A stretch of DNA of 64,000 nucleotides from Lama glama (taxonomy: Eukaryota): positions 49,912,001-49,976,000 of the forward strand of contig CM052816.1 in the NCBI GenBank assembly GCA_028534125.1, given 5' to 3'. Below, one piece after another: positions 52,888 to 64,000 of the stretch (the stretch's first letter is position 1; each line of letters opens with the position of its first letter). Made by a program: the position numbers and the translations under genes. The notes below the pieces were generated by a model that had not been told where the DNA came from, did not search any database, and saw only the letters and a list, made by a program, of their open reading frames with translations.

Positions 52888-54147
52888 CCTCCAGGTTCAC
52901 CCATGCTGCTCCAAATGGCAAGATTTCCTCCTTTTTAAGGCTAAATAATATTCCATTGCATATATATACACCACATTTCCTTTATAGGATGTAAAGTCCT
53001 CTTGGACATTGGCCTTGGCAATGATTTTATTAAATTGGCATTTAAAGCAAGGACAACAAAAGCAAAAATAAGTAAGTGGGACTACATCAAACTAAAAAGC
53101 TTTCACACAGCAAAGGAAACCATCAACAAAACTACAACTAAGCGGGATCCTATGGGGCCTTCCTAGGACAGATCCCCCCCACCAATCCTCTGGTTTAGCT
53201 CCTCCTTGAAGTACCTAGATGAGTATCTGATGCACATTTCCTGAGTTGTTTTACAGATGTGAAAACCCCACCAAATGGAAGATGTTAACTTGATGACCAT
53301 GACCACATAGCCCCCAGGCCTCCTGGAGCCTAAGAACTGATGATGTTAACCCCTGTGACACTGCCCTGTTACCTCACCATCAACCAATCAGAGAATTGTG
53401 CACAAGCTGGTCACATAACCTTGGACCTGCATCCCTCACCTGCCCTTTAAAAATGCTTTCCTGAAACCCACTGAGGAGTTCCAGCTTTTTGAGCACTAGC
53501 TATCCTGGACTACCTACATGATGCCTTACAATAAACGCTGCACCTTCCTTTACCACAAGCTGGTGTCAATAGATTGGCTTTACTGTCTGCAGGTGAGCAG
53601 ACCCAAGTGTGGTTCAGTAACAAATGAAAAGGCAACCTAATATGAATATGAGAAGATATATAAAACCACATATCTGATAAAGGGTCAATATCCAAAATAC
53701 ACAAGGAACTCATACTACTCAATGGCAAAAAAAAAAAACACAAATAACCCAATTAAGAAACAGGCAAAGGACCTGAATAGACATTTTTGGAAAGAAGATA
53801 TACAAACGCCAACAATACATGAAATACCCCTAATCATTAGGGGAATGCAAATCAAAACCAGTGAGACATTGCCTCACACCTATTAGGATTATCATCAAAA
53901 ATACAGGAGGCAACAAATGCTGGCAAGAATGTGCAGGAAAAAGAACCCTGTTGGTAGAAATATAAACTGGTACAGCCACTATGGATAGCAGTAGGGAGGT
54001 TTCTCAAGAAATAAAAAGTAGAACTACTACATGATCTAACAATCTCACTTCCGGGTATACGCCCGAAGGAAACAAAATCATTATCTCGAAGAAATATCTG
54101 CACTCTGATGTTCACTGCAGCATTATTCACAATAGCCAAGGCATGGA
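52888..54147. mobile_element. Second, younger L1 nested in the old L1; inverted structure (minus piece 52888-52985, plus piece 52986-54147)
   Basis: Reverse L1 ORF2-end sequence (ccctccaggttcacccatg...accacatttcctttat) abuts forward L1 sequence (gacattggccttggcaatgatttt...aatagccaaggcatgga). Confidence 0.8.
53133..53622 (+). mobile_element. ERV1-class solo LTR inserted in the nested L1
   Basis: Splits the L1 sequence catcaacaaaa|atgaaaaggcaacc; has ACCAATCAG, a tttaaaaa TATA-like box, AATAAA near 53530 and ends ...cagtaaca. Confidence 0.85.
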
Positions 54148-55814
54148 CAGTTGACTTTCAACAAAGCTGCAAAGGTGAAGAAAGGTTATTAGTCTTTCCA
54201 ACAAATAGTGTCAGAAACAATGAATATCCATATGCAAAAGCATAAACTTTGAATCCCTAACTCACACTATAGTACAAATTAACTCAAGATGGATCACAGA
54301 ACTAAATGTAAACCCTAAAACTATAGAACTTCTAGAAGAGAATGTAAGAGAAAACCTATATGACTTTGGGTTAGGAACCAATTGTTTAGACACTAAAGTA
54401 TAACCACGAAAGAAAAAAATGATTAAGTATACTTTATCAAAATTAAAAACTTCTGCTCTCCAAATGACATTCTTAAGAGTATGAAAAGACAAGCCACTGA
54501 TAAGTGGAAAAATCTGCAAAGCATATTTCTGATAAAAGACTTGTATTGAAAAAATAAAAAGAACTTTCAAAATGCAATTATAAAAAAAAATAAAAATGGA
54601 AAAAAATGAACAATCACTTCTCCAGAGAAAATATGTAGGTAACAAACAAGCAAATGGAAAGATGCTAAACACTGTGGGTTATTAGAGAAACGCAAATTAA
54701 AACCACAGGAAGATACGTACCTCACAGAATGGCTGTACTTACAGAGACTGGCCATACCAAGTGTTGACAAGGTTGTAGAAAAACTGGCACTCACATATAG
54801 TGCTAGTGGAATGCATAATGGTCAACCACTTTGGAAAACAGTTTGGCAGATTCTTAAAAAGTTAAATATAAACTTATAATATGATCTAGCCATTCCACTC
54901 CTAGGTATTTACCCAAGATAAATAAAAACACATGTCTACACAAAGACACGTACATGAATGTTCAAAGCAGCTTTATTTGCTATAGCCCCAAACTGGGAAC
55001 AACCCAAATGTTCATCTCAAAATAATTACAGTGAGTGAAAGAAGCCAAACAAAGAGTACACGCTGTATGATTCCATTTATATAAAGCTCAGAAAAAGCAA
55101 ACTAATTTATAGCTCAGAAAGCAGGTCAGTGGTCATCTACGGATGGAAGGGCCAGCAAGGAGGAATTCAGGGGGGTGAGATTACAAGGGACACAAGCAAA
55201 CTTCTAATGTAATAGACACGTTCATGACCTTGATTGTGATTATGGTTTCAGGGGTGTGTATATAGATTAAATCTTTTCAAACTGAACTTTAAAAATATCT
55301 GCAGTTTATTGCATGGCCATTTTACCTCAGTAAAGTTATTGAAAATTTTCCGTTAAAAACCCATTAACTTGCCCCTAAGCTATAATAAACATGCATATAT
55401 TATACACAGACATTCTTATACAGAGTACACTGTGAGAACCACTAGAGTGGACTAAAAAAAGGAGACAAAAGGAAAGTGAATACATTCGAACCACTCTGCT
55501 TCTAATCCCAGTGATGGAGAGGAGGGTGAAAAATTCTAAGGCATTCTCCTTATGTGCAGTGCCTACTCCGTTCTATCATAAACCTGATAATTTGAATACG
55601 CATTACTAGATGTGTCACTGTACGAGATAATAGAATCGTATCAAATTTTCTTGTGTATGTCGGCATAAATTAAAATTGTTTCTATGATGACGCTCCAGAA
55701 ATTCCCTCTTTCTAGCCCCCTAAACTTCTCAACTCCATCTTCAAGCTGTTCATTGACTATCAACTGCTGAGTTTTTATATACATTATCCCACTTTGTCTT
55801 ACATTAGCTTTGCA

Positions 55815-56345
55815 GAATGGATAATATTATCCCCACCTTATAGATAAGGAAATGTAGCAATCAGTTTAGGCTAAGGTACTGTGTGGTCTTAGTGGCTGAC
55901 ACCAATAAGGGCGGTATTCCCTGCTCACATTCCAGTCTCCATCGTGGATCCACTGTGTCTGTGCTGGTCTTCTGTGTTTCGGACCAAAGCTGAAGGAACA
56001 ATGCCTACCTGGGACATACTAATCTTGAGGCAGAGGAAAAGATCAGTAGTGGAACCACAAAATGGCTCTTAAGACCTCTGTTCACATTATATTAGCTAAA
56101 GTAAGACACATGGACAAGGGGGACATGATGGCTGGAAGTCAAGTCCTTTCTTGGGGAGACTAAACCACGAGCCACAAGCCACAGGAAGCATGTGTCATTC
56201 TCTCACAACAAGGGGTGGCAAGTATCTGGAACTTCAGAGAAGTAGAGTTTAAAAAAGCTTGTGTAACTTACATGTCACATAGCTGAGTGGCAGAGCCAGG
56301 ATCCAAAATTGTATTTGTTTATTGTCAAAACCTCAGCTCTTTACA
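55815..56345 (-). mobile_element. MIR SINE split by an MLT1 LTR
   Basis: attatccccaccttatagataaggaaa [insertion] ...gtcacatagctgagtggcagagccaggatccaaa...tcaaaacctcagctctt. Confidence 0.65.
55853..56232 (-). mobile_element. MaLR LTR (old MLT1)
   Basis: aggctaaggtactg...tcttagtggctgacacc...ggaccaaagctgaaggaac...atggctcttaag...ctgttcacatt...gctaaagtaagacacatgg. Confidence 0.65.
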
Positions 56346-56590
56346 CTGTCTCCCTCATGGGTCTCAAAGGGGCAAGATAGGTCAAGACTGACTTTAAGTA
56401 TAGGGAATGTCCGTTGGAGAGAAAAGAGAATCTAAGTTGTGTGTGTGCACGTGAGTGTGCCTGTGTGTGAAACAAAGAATGCCAGTACCTGCTTAGTTGT
56501 AGGTTCTGAAACTGTATGGTTGGCAACCTGAACCTAAGGTTTTTCTTGATCATCACAAAAATATTTTAAAAATCAAAACTGCAGGTTTCT

Positions 56591-56740
56591 AGTGGGGGAG
56601 CATATACCTCAGTGGTAGAGTGCATACTTAGCATGTATGAGGTCCTGGGTTCAATCCCTAGTACCTCTGTTAAAAAACAAATAAGTAAAAATAAATAAAC
56701 ATAATTACCTCACCCCTTCAAAAAATTTTTTAAAGAGTAA
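56591..56740 (+). mobile_element. tRNA-derived SINE (camelid Vic-1-like) with 16-bp TSD
   Basis: Pol III A box (tacctcagtggtag) and B box (ggttcaatccc), A-rich tail with aattacctc motif; TSD aaaactgcaggtttct 56575-56590 vs aaaattgcaggtttct 56741-56756. Confidence 0.9.
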
Positions 56741-58594
56741 AAAATTGCAGGTTTCTTTAGCCTAATCTTTTTCTTTTATTTTGTGCTTAAAAAAAATACC
56801 AATTCAATAACATTTCTAAATTGCCGTGGCTGCAAATGTTCTCAGGGAGTCTTTTACTCTTCTATTAATTTTATTTTCTGTGAAAATATTCTAAGAAAAT
56901 GAAAAGAAGGAAATCTTTCTCTGCTTGCCTGCAGCAATTTAAAGGCCAGTGATGAATGGTTAGCTGGGAGAGTAAGGCTCCTAAAGTAGGGGAAATAGGA
57001 TGATTAGGTTCTCTGATTTAAATGAGGAATATATACCCTGAATATATAAGCAATCAGATACCCATTTATGCAGAAGTAAGAGGAGCTAAAGATTAATCCA
57101 TTAATTACAAAGGAATCAGGCGTAAAAATGCAATTTTCCCCAAAGAAAAAAATTTTCTTTAAAGAAAATTATAATGTTTAAGTCATTCTGCTCAGGACTG
57201 AGTAAAAATGAATAGACACATTTAGACAAAGAAAGGACAATGTATCTTCAGTGTGAAAAACTGTACCATAAAATGACAAGAAATCTGAATATGGTATTCA
57301 CAAGAATCATTTCTTAGTGAGGTAAGCACCCCTCAATGAGCTGATGTTTATAAGTTGGTATTTCTATTTATAATCTAAACCTCATACAGATTTTCTAAAA
57401 GCTCTCTTGTCATACTTCGTTGCTCAGTTAAAGGATATGCAGTGACAATACCTGAATCAGTGGGTTGTTCTGGACAATTTTATTGCTACATTAAACTGCA
57501 AACAGTACACTTCCCCCTAATATTTTCTGTTTCCTGCAGTCATGTCCCTTTCTCTACTGAACAGATACTGGTTTAACCTTAATTTTTCATAACATTTCAT
57601 CCTAACCTTTCAGTGGAATATCTACAGAAATTAAAATGAATTAAACACTTCAGAACATGTCTCTAAGGATTGCAGTGCTGGATAAATTTCACCAGTAGAG
57701 AGAATAGTTGATGAAAATACTGCTTTGACTACCATCTTTACATATGGCAAATTGGAAATTGTTAAAAATGCTGATATGCAATGTTAATTAAACCTAACCA
57801 AGGAACAGGTTAATCAATTACTAGAGCAGCCCCGGACCAGGCTGTATGGGCCAGTGTCTCGACCACAGTTCCAGATACCTACCCCTTTGTACTCAAATAA
57901 TTTTGACCCAACATGATCTTTTCAGTAGTTATTCACCTCTTTCCCAAAGCAGATGGACACTAGTGGAAAAAACATTCGAGGGAGCCTCTGTCCAGGACCT
58001 TCACCTCATGAAAACAGTCTTTTTCCTTCATACACATGGCCATCTTAAGAAGAGCTATTACGGTCCACAAAATCTTCCTAGGCCCTGGCCACAGTAGAGC
58101 ACCTACAGAGGTGGGCACCTGGCCCAAGGGGGTTTTGAACTTGGAACCAAAGAAATAAACAAGTAGTCTCGCCAAGATATTGAATTTGTGAGATATAAAG
58201 CTAGGGAGCTATCAGTGGTAACAGAAGATTAGAGACAAGAAACAGAAAGATAATTGTGACAGATGCCAAAAGGTAAAGCAGAGAAGGGAGCAGACAGTCC
58301 ATTCTATTTTCAGTTGGGTGGGTCAGGGAAGGCTCATAAAAGAAGTGGCATTTGAGCTGTACCTAGCACATGAGTAAGAATGAAAATTCATGCTTCATGT
58401 GTGCCAGAGGGTGCTCTGGGGGGCAATTTTGGAAGTTTCTCTGTTGTTTCTGCTTCTAAAGACCCTCACTTCTAAATCTCAAAATAGTTATCTGGATATA
58501 TGGATAAGCATATGTGTGTGCATGTATATTTATGAATAAAGTTATATGATTAAGGAGGTTCATTGCAGATTTATTCTTATAAGTAAAAAGAAAT

Positions 58595-58680
58595 GTGAAT
58601 ATATATTTATGTGCATATCATATATATGTATTTAGTATATTATATACATATATTATATGTTGTTATATATAATATATGTT
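58595..58680. repeat. TA-rich low-complexity tract
   Basis: atatatatttatgtg...tatatacatatattatatg...atatataatatatg. Confidence 0.7.
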
Positions 58681-58814
58681 GGACACACAGATATTAAATA
58701 ATGACTACATATTATGGCATAGAATGGGGAAGAGGTCTGTGAAAATTAGACTTCAAATACTTAGGTATCCTTAGAAAAATTTTTCCAGCATGTATTTTCT
58801 TTATTTTTATTCTT

Positions 58815-61040
58815 AATTTGTTTTTTTCATTTTTGTAAGTTATACACAAACAGTTTAGAGTTAATAGCTTGTTTAAAAAAAAAAACAACACACCTCTGAC
58901 CTCCTATATGCCACAACTTCCTGATTTTTAGAGGTAACCATTTTTAAATCATTTAACAATTTTTCTTACTAATTTTTATTTTGAGTAATTTACTTAAATT
59001 GCTTCTTCCTGATCTGAGTGTTAGACACTACTGACTCCCCCTGTGAAGACGAGGCTTCCATCACACACCTTACCTCCATTTCCCATTCGCTCAAGATGAT
59101 CAAAACATAGTTTTTATTAGATCAATGGTCATCTTTCAGCTGTATATACTACTTAGTACACTATGATTATTTTGCCTTTTCTATACAACATTTTATTGTC
59201 CCTATTATTAATAGATATCTTATTTTTGTATGCTTTGTCTCCTAACAACTAACGATTAATTGATTTCTAAACTATTCCCCTACCCATTACTTAAATCTCC
59301 TCTAAATTGATTTATACTTGTTAGGTATTCACATTCCTTTTTTAGAAAGTTTTTCCTAGATCCTACTGATAAACTTCAATAAAGACCAATTATTCTTTGG
59401 AACTTTCTCCTGGAGGTTCCTTTTGCTTCTATCTAGTGTTGGGTATCTTTCCTGGATCCTGTGTTTTCTGATTCTTGGTTTACTCCTTCGTTTTAGGCAC
59501 ATACTTTACTAATATTCCTAGGGGGAAAAAAAAACCACAGGTGCTAAAATTTAGGGGGCCTTACATTTCTGAAAATAGCTTTAGTCTATTCTCAACTTTG
59601 AGTGATAGTCTGGCAAGACAAATTTCTAAAATAAAAGTCATTTTCCCATCATAATTTTTAAGTGGTTTTTAGCTTATTCTCTTTGTCTCTAATGTTGTGA
59701 GATTTCAAAGGACTCCGCCTAAGTATGTGTTCTCTTTAAAAATTCTTTATATCAGACACAGTATACATTTTAAAATCTAGAAACCCAAACTTTCAATGAC
59801 AATACACATTTTGAAAACTGGAAACTCATCATTTTCAAAGCTGAGAATTTCACTGAATTATTTCTTCTGTGTTCTTCTCCTACTCACCCCCCTCCCCAAA
59901 CTCCTCAGATGTTGACATTCCTACGTTGGTCCTCTAATTTCATCTTTTACTTATTTGTTGTATCTTTAATTTTTGCTATATTTTCTGGGAGAATTTTTCA
60001 AACTTTGCAACTCTTCTACTAAGTATTTCATTTTGTTCTTTCATTTTTTTTTAAATTTTCAAGAGCTCTTTTATAGTCTATGAAAGTGTTTTAGTTTATT
60101 GACATTCTGTTTTTATTTTATGGACACAATATATTTTCTTATCTCCAAGCATTTTGAAGATAACTGGGCTTGGGTCATTGTTTTTCTTCCTTGTTTCACA
60201 GTAACTCTTTCCTCTAAGACACTGTTTTTATTTATTGTTTTGTATCTTTATTTTGGTTTATACTTTTCACACTGGAGGCTTTCTCAAATACTTGGTGATC
60301 CTTGACTGTCTGCTCAAGTTTATGACTGAGCCATAAATTGGTGATTAGGTGGTCTACACGCGGTGGAGGCAGCTGGGAGCTGGATGTGAATTCTTTTCTG
60401 TGCAGTGTGCCTACATCAGCCCACTGGGGATAGTCAGCATCTTTACTGAGGGGGGACCAGATAGATTTCCCAGAGACAGTTTCAATTCTTGCTTGAGGAT
60501 ATAAGCCTAACAACGAAGTTTGGCAAGTCAACAAAGAGTACGCAAATCTTCACTTCATTCCCTGTTTACAGTGGGGCATTCCGTTCTAAATGTGTTTTAG
60601 AAGAGAAACAGGACAGAGATCTTCTGTAGAGAACAAACATGCCAGCACTGGGAAGGAGAAGTGATGAGCTGCACAGAGAGGAAGAAAGAACTGCGGGGCT
60701 AACTTTCTTAAAAGACCTTCAACCCAAATCCTGTTTTCAGTGCACTTCCATCTCCTTCCAGCATCAGCAATTCCGGAGCCTTTTGGAGGTCCCACGGTGC
60801 AGATCAGTTTGCTCTTTGCTGTCTCTACTGTGCGATTAGGACGCTGCTTTCTGGGATCTGCTAAGTCAGTTATAACTCTTCCATCTGTTCTTCAGCTTCC
60901 ACATTTCATTGCTGACATCTTCTCTTCCATTCTCATTGTCCTTGTTTACTTGTGACCTTAAAAAACACCTTTTAATGTCATTTTATTGCAGTTTCAAGAG
61001 GGAGCAGAAGCTAATGCTTGGGCAACTCATTGTGTTCAAC
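58815..61040 (-). mobile_element. HAL1 (half-L1, ORF1-only element), near full length, decayed
   Basis: Reverse 3' end (taagttatacacaaacagttta...agaggtaaccattttt), ORF1-like remnant (tttctgaaaatagctttagtct...gagtgatagtctggc) and HAL1-like 5' region (ggaggctttctcaaatacttggtgatccttgactgtctg; ttctgggatctgctaagtcagtta); no ORF2 remnant between them. Confidence 0.65.
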
Positions 61041-62289
61041 TTTCCAATTTGCATTTTATAGTATACTTTTATAGACTTTAAAAACTGAGGCCAAGCTAGG
61101 CATGTCTGCTTATTTATTTTAATCCCCAAACACTAGATATTCTAACAACGGGGTTGGAATCTTTTCTTTTCAACAAAATGTAAATGGATAGCAGGCAATA
61201 CAAATCCATTTTAAAGTAATTTTGCTAAGATTTTTAACTCAGCCTCTGTCCTGGTACTTGGGTAAACTGAGTTTAAAATGTGCACTCTGATAAATATTGA
61301 ACATTTGAATCCTAACTTTTGGAATCAGTGTACTGAAAGTTTTCTTTATGCTTTGGAGTAAACAAAAAGAGTCTAAAAAATAAAACAAAAACTATGAGAC
61401 ACCTATGAGACATGAAAATCCACCCTTTGCAAAGTTCTCATTGTATCCACTAAGCCTGAGACGCTTAAATTATTGAATACCTGCAGTCCTATCTCCATAA
61501 ATTGTTAAGAGATTTGAATTTCAGGAAGAAATTAAGGCAAGTCTCCTTACAGCTAAGCCCTGTGCCATCTATCTTAATAGTGTAACTTCTTTTTCGAAAT
61601 ATTAATTTAAGGAAATTTTAGAACAGGTTTAGAAATCTTGTTTGGAAAGAATTCCTGTAGCTGTTTTGCCTCAACCTACGGGGATATCCTGAGTGGCCCA
61701 TGAATATTTACCAGACTATAAGATTTCACTGAACGTCTCAGACATCAGAGAAGCAGCTTTCCCACGTTACACTTATCCACGCCACCCAAGTAGAGACTAA
61801 CCCAGTCACCAAAACACGGTAGGAGCCAGAAAGAGAAAAGAGCTCCTACTGGGCCCGTGAAAGTGCACATCAGGAAGGGCCTTCTCAGGAGAGGACGGCG
61901 ATCAAAATCCAAGGATTCTTCTCAGCAGCTCCTATCAGTTGGTACCAGATTATATTGACTATTAAGAAGACAGCAAACAGCAGAATTTTTAACCAGTCCA
62001 AGCCAACACTGATAGAGGTAAAACTGGGATTTCTACAAAACGTTCTCACTTGTCAAGGTTAAGATAAGCAAACATTCTTCAAGACTATCTTAAAAAGAAC
62101 AGATGATACGTGCTAGAATCTGGGGGCTACATCTACCCTTCAGAAACTACTCTCCTTATAATTTGGGGGTACACAAAAACGTCTTGGGGAAAAATGGTTT
62201 GCACAATTTGGAATCAGAGTCCAAGGCCATCTTGATGTTTTCAGTAGGTGACTGGTCCCAAGATTCCCCAAGATACTCCTAGTGTGACT

Positions 62290-62405
62290 GACTATGGTTC
62301 TAGAATCAGAGAGACTTGTATTCAAATCCTGAGCTTGCCACCTACTAGCTGTGTCTGTTTGGAGAAGTCAGGTAACCTCTTGTGTGCAATAAAATGGGAA
62401 GGGAA
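62290..62405 (+). mobile_element. MIR SINE 5' part
   Basis: tctagaatcagagagacttgtattcaaatcctgagcttgccacctactagctgtgt...aagtcaggtaacctct. Confidence 0.75.
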
Positions 62406-62860
62406 TATTAGTTAGCATTCTTTTGATTGTAAATGTCAGGAACCCTACTAAACTTGGCATAAGCAAAAAAAAAAAAGTAAAATAAAATAAGTTTTGGTTA
62501 ACATAGATTTTGGGCTCTGTTTTCCTCTGGGTTGCTTTCATTTGTAGGAAGATTTTTCCCTATGGGGCAGCAAAGCTGGGCCCTTGCCCTTCCAAGTATA
62601 CATTCCCTCAATATTGGAAACTTCGGACAAAATGGCAAGGTATTGCTCCTCCAAAAGCCACATGAATCTCCAACATCAATTCTGGATGGCTTTTCTTGAA
62701 TCCTGTTCTTTCTCCTGGGGCAATAATCTTGGCCACCGAGATCAATCTATGTCACATGGAGGTGAAGGCACAGTTACCTTCCTGCACCACTTGAATTACA
62801 AGGAGCAGTAGTTTCAAAAGAAAAAGATTAAAGCAATTCAAGAAGTAGCGGACACCCACA
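62406..62860 (-). mobile_element. MaLR LTR (old MLT1 J/K-like)
   Basis: tattagttagcattcttttgattgtaaatgtcaggaaccctactaaacttggcataagcaaaaa...gctctgttttcctctgggttgctttcatt. Confidence 0.6.
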
Positions 62861-62869
62861 ACATGGTCT

Positions 62870-63050
62870 ACTCATCCCTATTTTACAGAGTCACCGTGAC
62901 AAATACAAGAGATAACTTCAGCAAATTACCTGACACAATGACTCTCAGTGATTATATTTTAAGAAGCTTACATACATAGGTAAGCCAGTTCAATCCAGGC
63001 ATTTCACCTACTGACTTGAAAGTGAGGTTTTTGCCTTTTGCACAACAATC
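62870..63050 (-). mobile_element. MIR SINE fragment
   Basis: catccctattttacaga...ttcagcaaattacctgac...ttcaatccaggca. Confidence 0.45.
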
Positions 63051-64000
63051 CCTCAAGTCTCTAATCAGATGCTGCTTCTTTAATTTCTAAGCATATGCTA
63101 AATATGCTCAGTTAAAGCTGGAACTTTCAAAGAAATAATCAAAAGTTATTACTTCCAAAACAAAGTCTGAAAACCTTGGCAATCGAAATACAGATTGCAA
63201 GCAATACAATGAAGCATTAAAAAGTCACATGCTGCCAAAGAACAGAAAATTGGTCCACTTCAAACTGGGGAGGCACCACGGAAGCCGCCAACTTTAACCT
63301 CCACTTGAACTGGCTGAGACAGGGGCCATCAACAGCCAGTGAAGTGACTGCAGACTTGGTGTGTTATAAAAATGCTGTGCGGAGTCCTGAAAATGAAATT
63401 GAGATGTTAAAAACTGTATGTTCTTGCTATTTCAGCAAATATCTTAAGATCGGAAAATTAGAGGCAGTGATATTTTTCTAAGGTCACCTTTAGAACTACA
63501 AGGGTAGTTTATACATCCATTAATCTAACTCTTTAAAATAGTCCTCCTGTTGCTAGTGGTAAGATGATGCTTATCAAGGAGCTGGACCTGAGTATGTGCT
63601 GGATGGCTGTGATATAATGTAAGGGTGAACTGGAATCCATATTTGTTCCCAAAAGAAAGGGTGTGACCGTAAGTTATGTCTTAACTGACTTAAGACTGGG
63701 TTGCCTTATACTGCAACCCCAGGGATTTCTGATGAAAAGACAGTCAGAGCAGAGATTCAGAGGTGCGGAATTAGACCAAGGGAACACTTACTAGATTAGC
63801 TGGCCTGGAAAAGAGAATGCAAAAAAGAGGCTATGGGAAATATGCACAGAGCATTTTAATGAATACTTGAAGAATACCGTTTATAGAAAATTGGATTCTA
63901 ATGTTTCTGTTTATAGATGAAGCAATAAAAATTAGTTTAAAGAGAATTCTATAGATCTTTACAACTCCAAGGTGGCTGTAACTCAATGCTGCTTTCAATA

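Larger units (their letters stand above)
51388..55345 (+). mobile_element. Old L1 (L1MC/L1MD-like) with 5'UTR, deleted ORF1/EN, partial RT and 3' end; host of nested insertions
   Basis: 5'UTR-like block 51388-51900; RT motifs in ORF 52562-52948 (NAEKAFDQIKHLFLIKTL...LLFNTALDILA); resumes at about 54148 (ttgactttcaacaaag, LIFDK-like) and ends with the 3'UTR ...tttacctcagtaaag. Confidence 0.85.

Noticed and set aside
52562..52948. Reverse transcriptase ORF as an active or domesticated gene
   Set aside because: Short decayed L1 RT fragment lacking the catalytic (F/Y)ADD region, reading into an inverted L1 piece.
56594..56666. tRNA-Ala-like gene
   Set aside because: Flanked by a TSD and an A-rich tail, with mutated stems and A box; it is the head of a SINE.
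63240..63400. Minus-strand splice acceptor (tttcattttcag|G at 63386)
   Set aside because: No convincing donor or recognisable reading frame downstream.
1..64000. Short ORFs (60-130 aa) in the supplied track as protein-coding genes
   Set aside because: Lengths are as expected by chance and there are no recognisable domains except decayed L1 ORF2 pieces. Many start at non-ATG codons or lie in repeats.

Overview
AT-rich mammalian genomic DNA, most likely from a camelid (alpaca/llama/camel): it carries a camelid-type tRNA-derived SINE (Vic-1-like) and artiodactyl-type L1 3'UTRs and ERV1 LTRs. I found no recognisable protein-coding exon, RNA gene, CpG island or prokaryotic system, so the window looks intergenic or deep intronic. 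It is dominated by decayed transposable elements (MIR, L2, L1 of several ages, a near-complete HAL1, MaLR/ERVL/ERV1 solo LTRs, hAT-Charlie DNA transposons) and has one 500-N assembly gap. Repeat family names come from recalled consensus sequences, not a database search, and boundaries of old elements are approximate. The most notable structures are: (i) a 57-bp locally templated insertion of MIR sequence into a Charlie transposon; (ii) an MLT2 LTR carrying two insertions, one a copy of nearby flanking DNA; (iii) a nested L1-in-L1 with twin-priming geometry plus an LTR; (iv) a compact PBX-HOX/TCF/MEIS motif cluster that may be a developmental enhancer. I did not find evidence for a genuinely new biological system.
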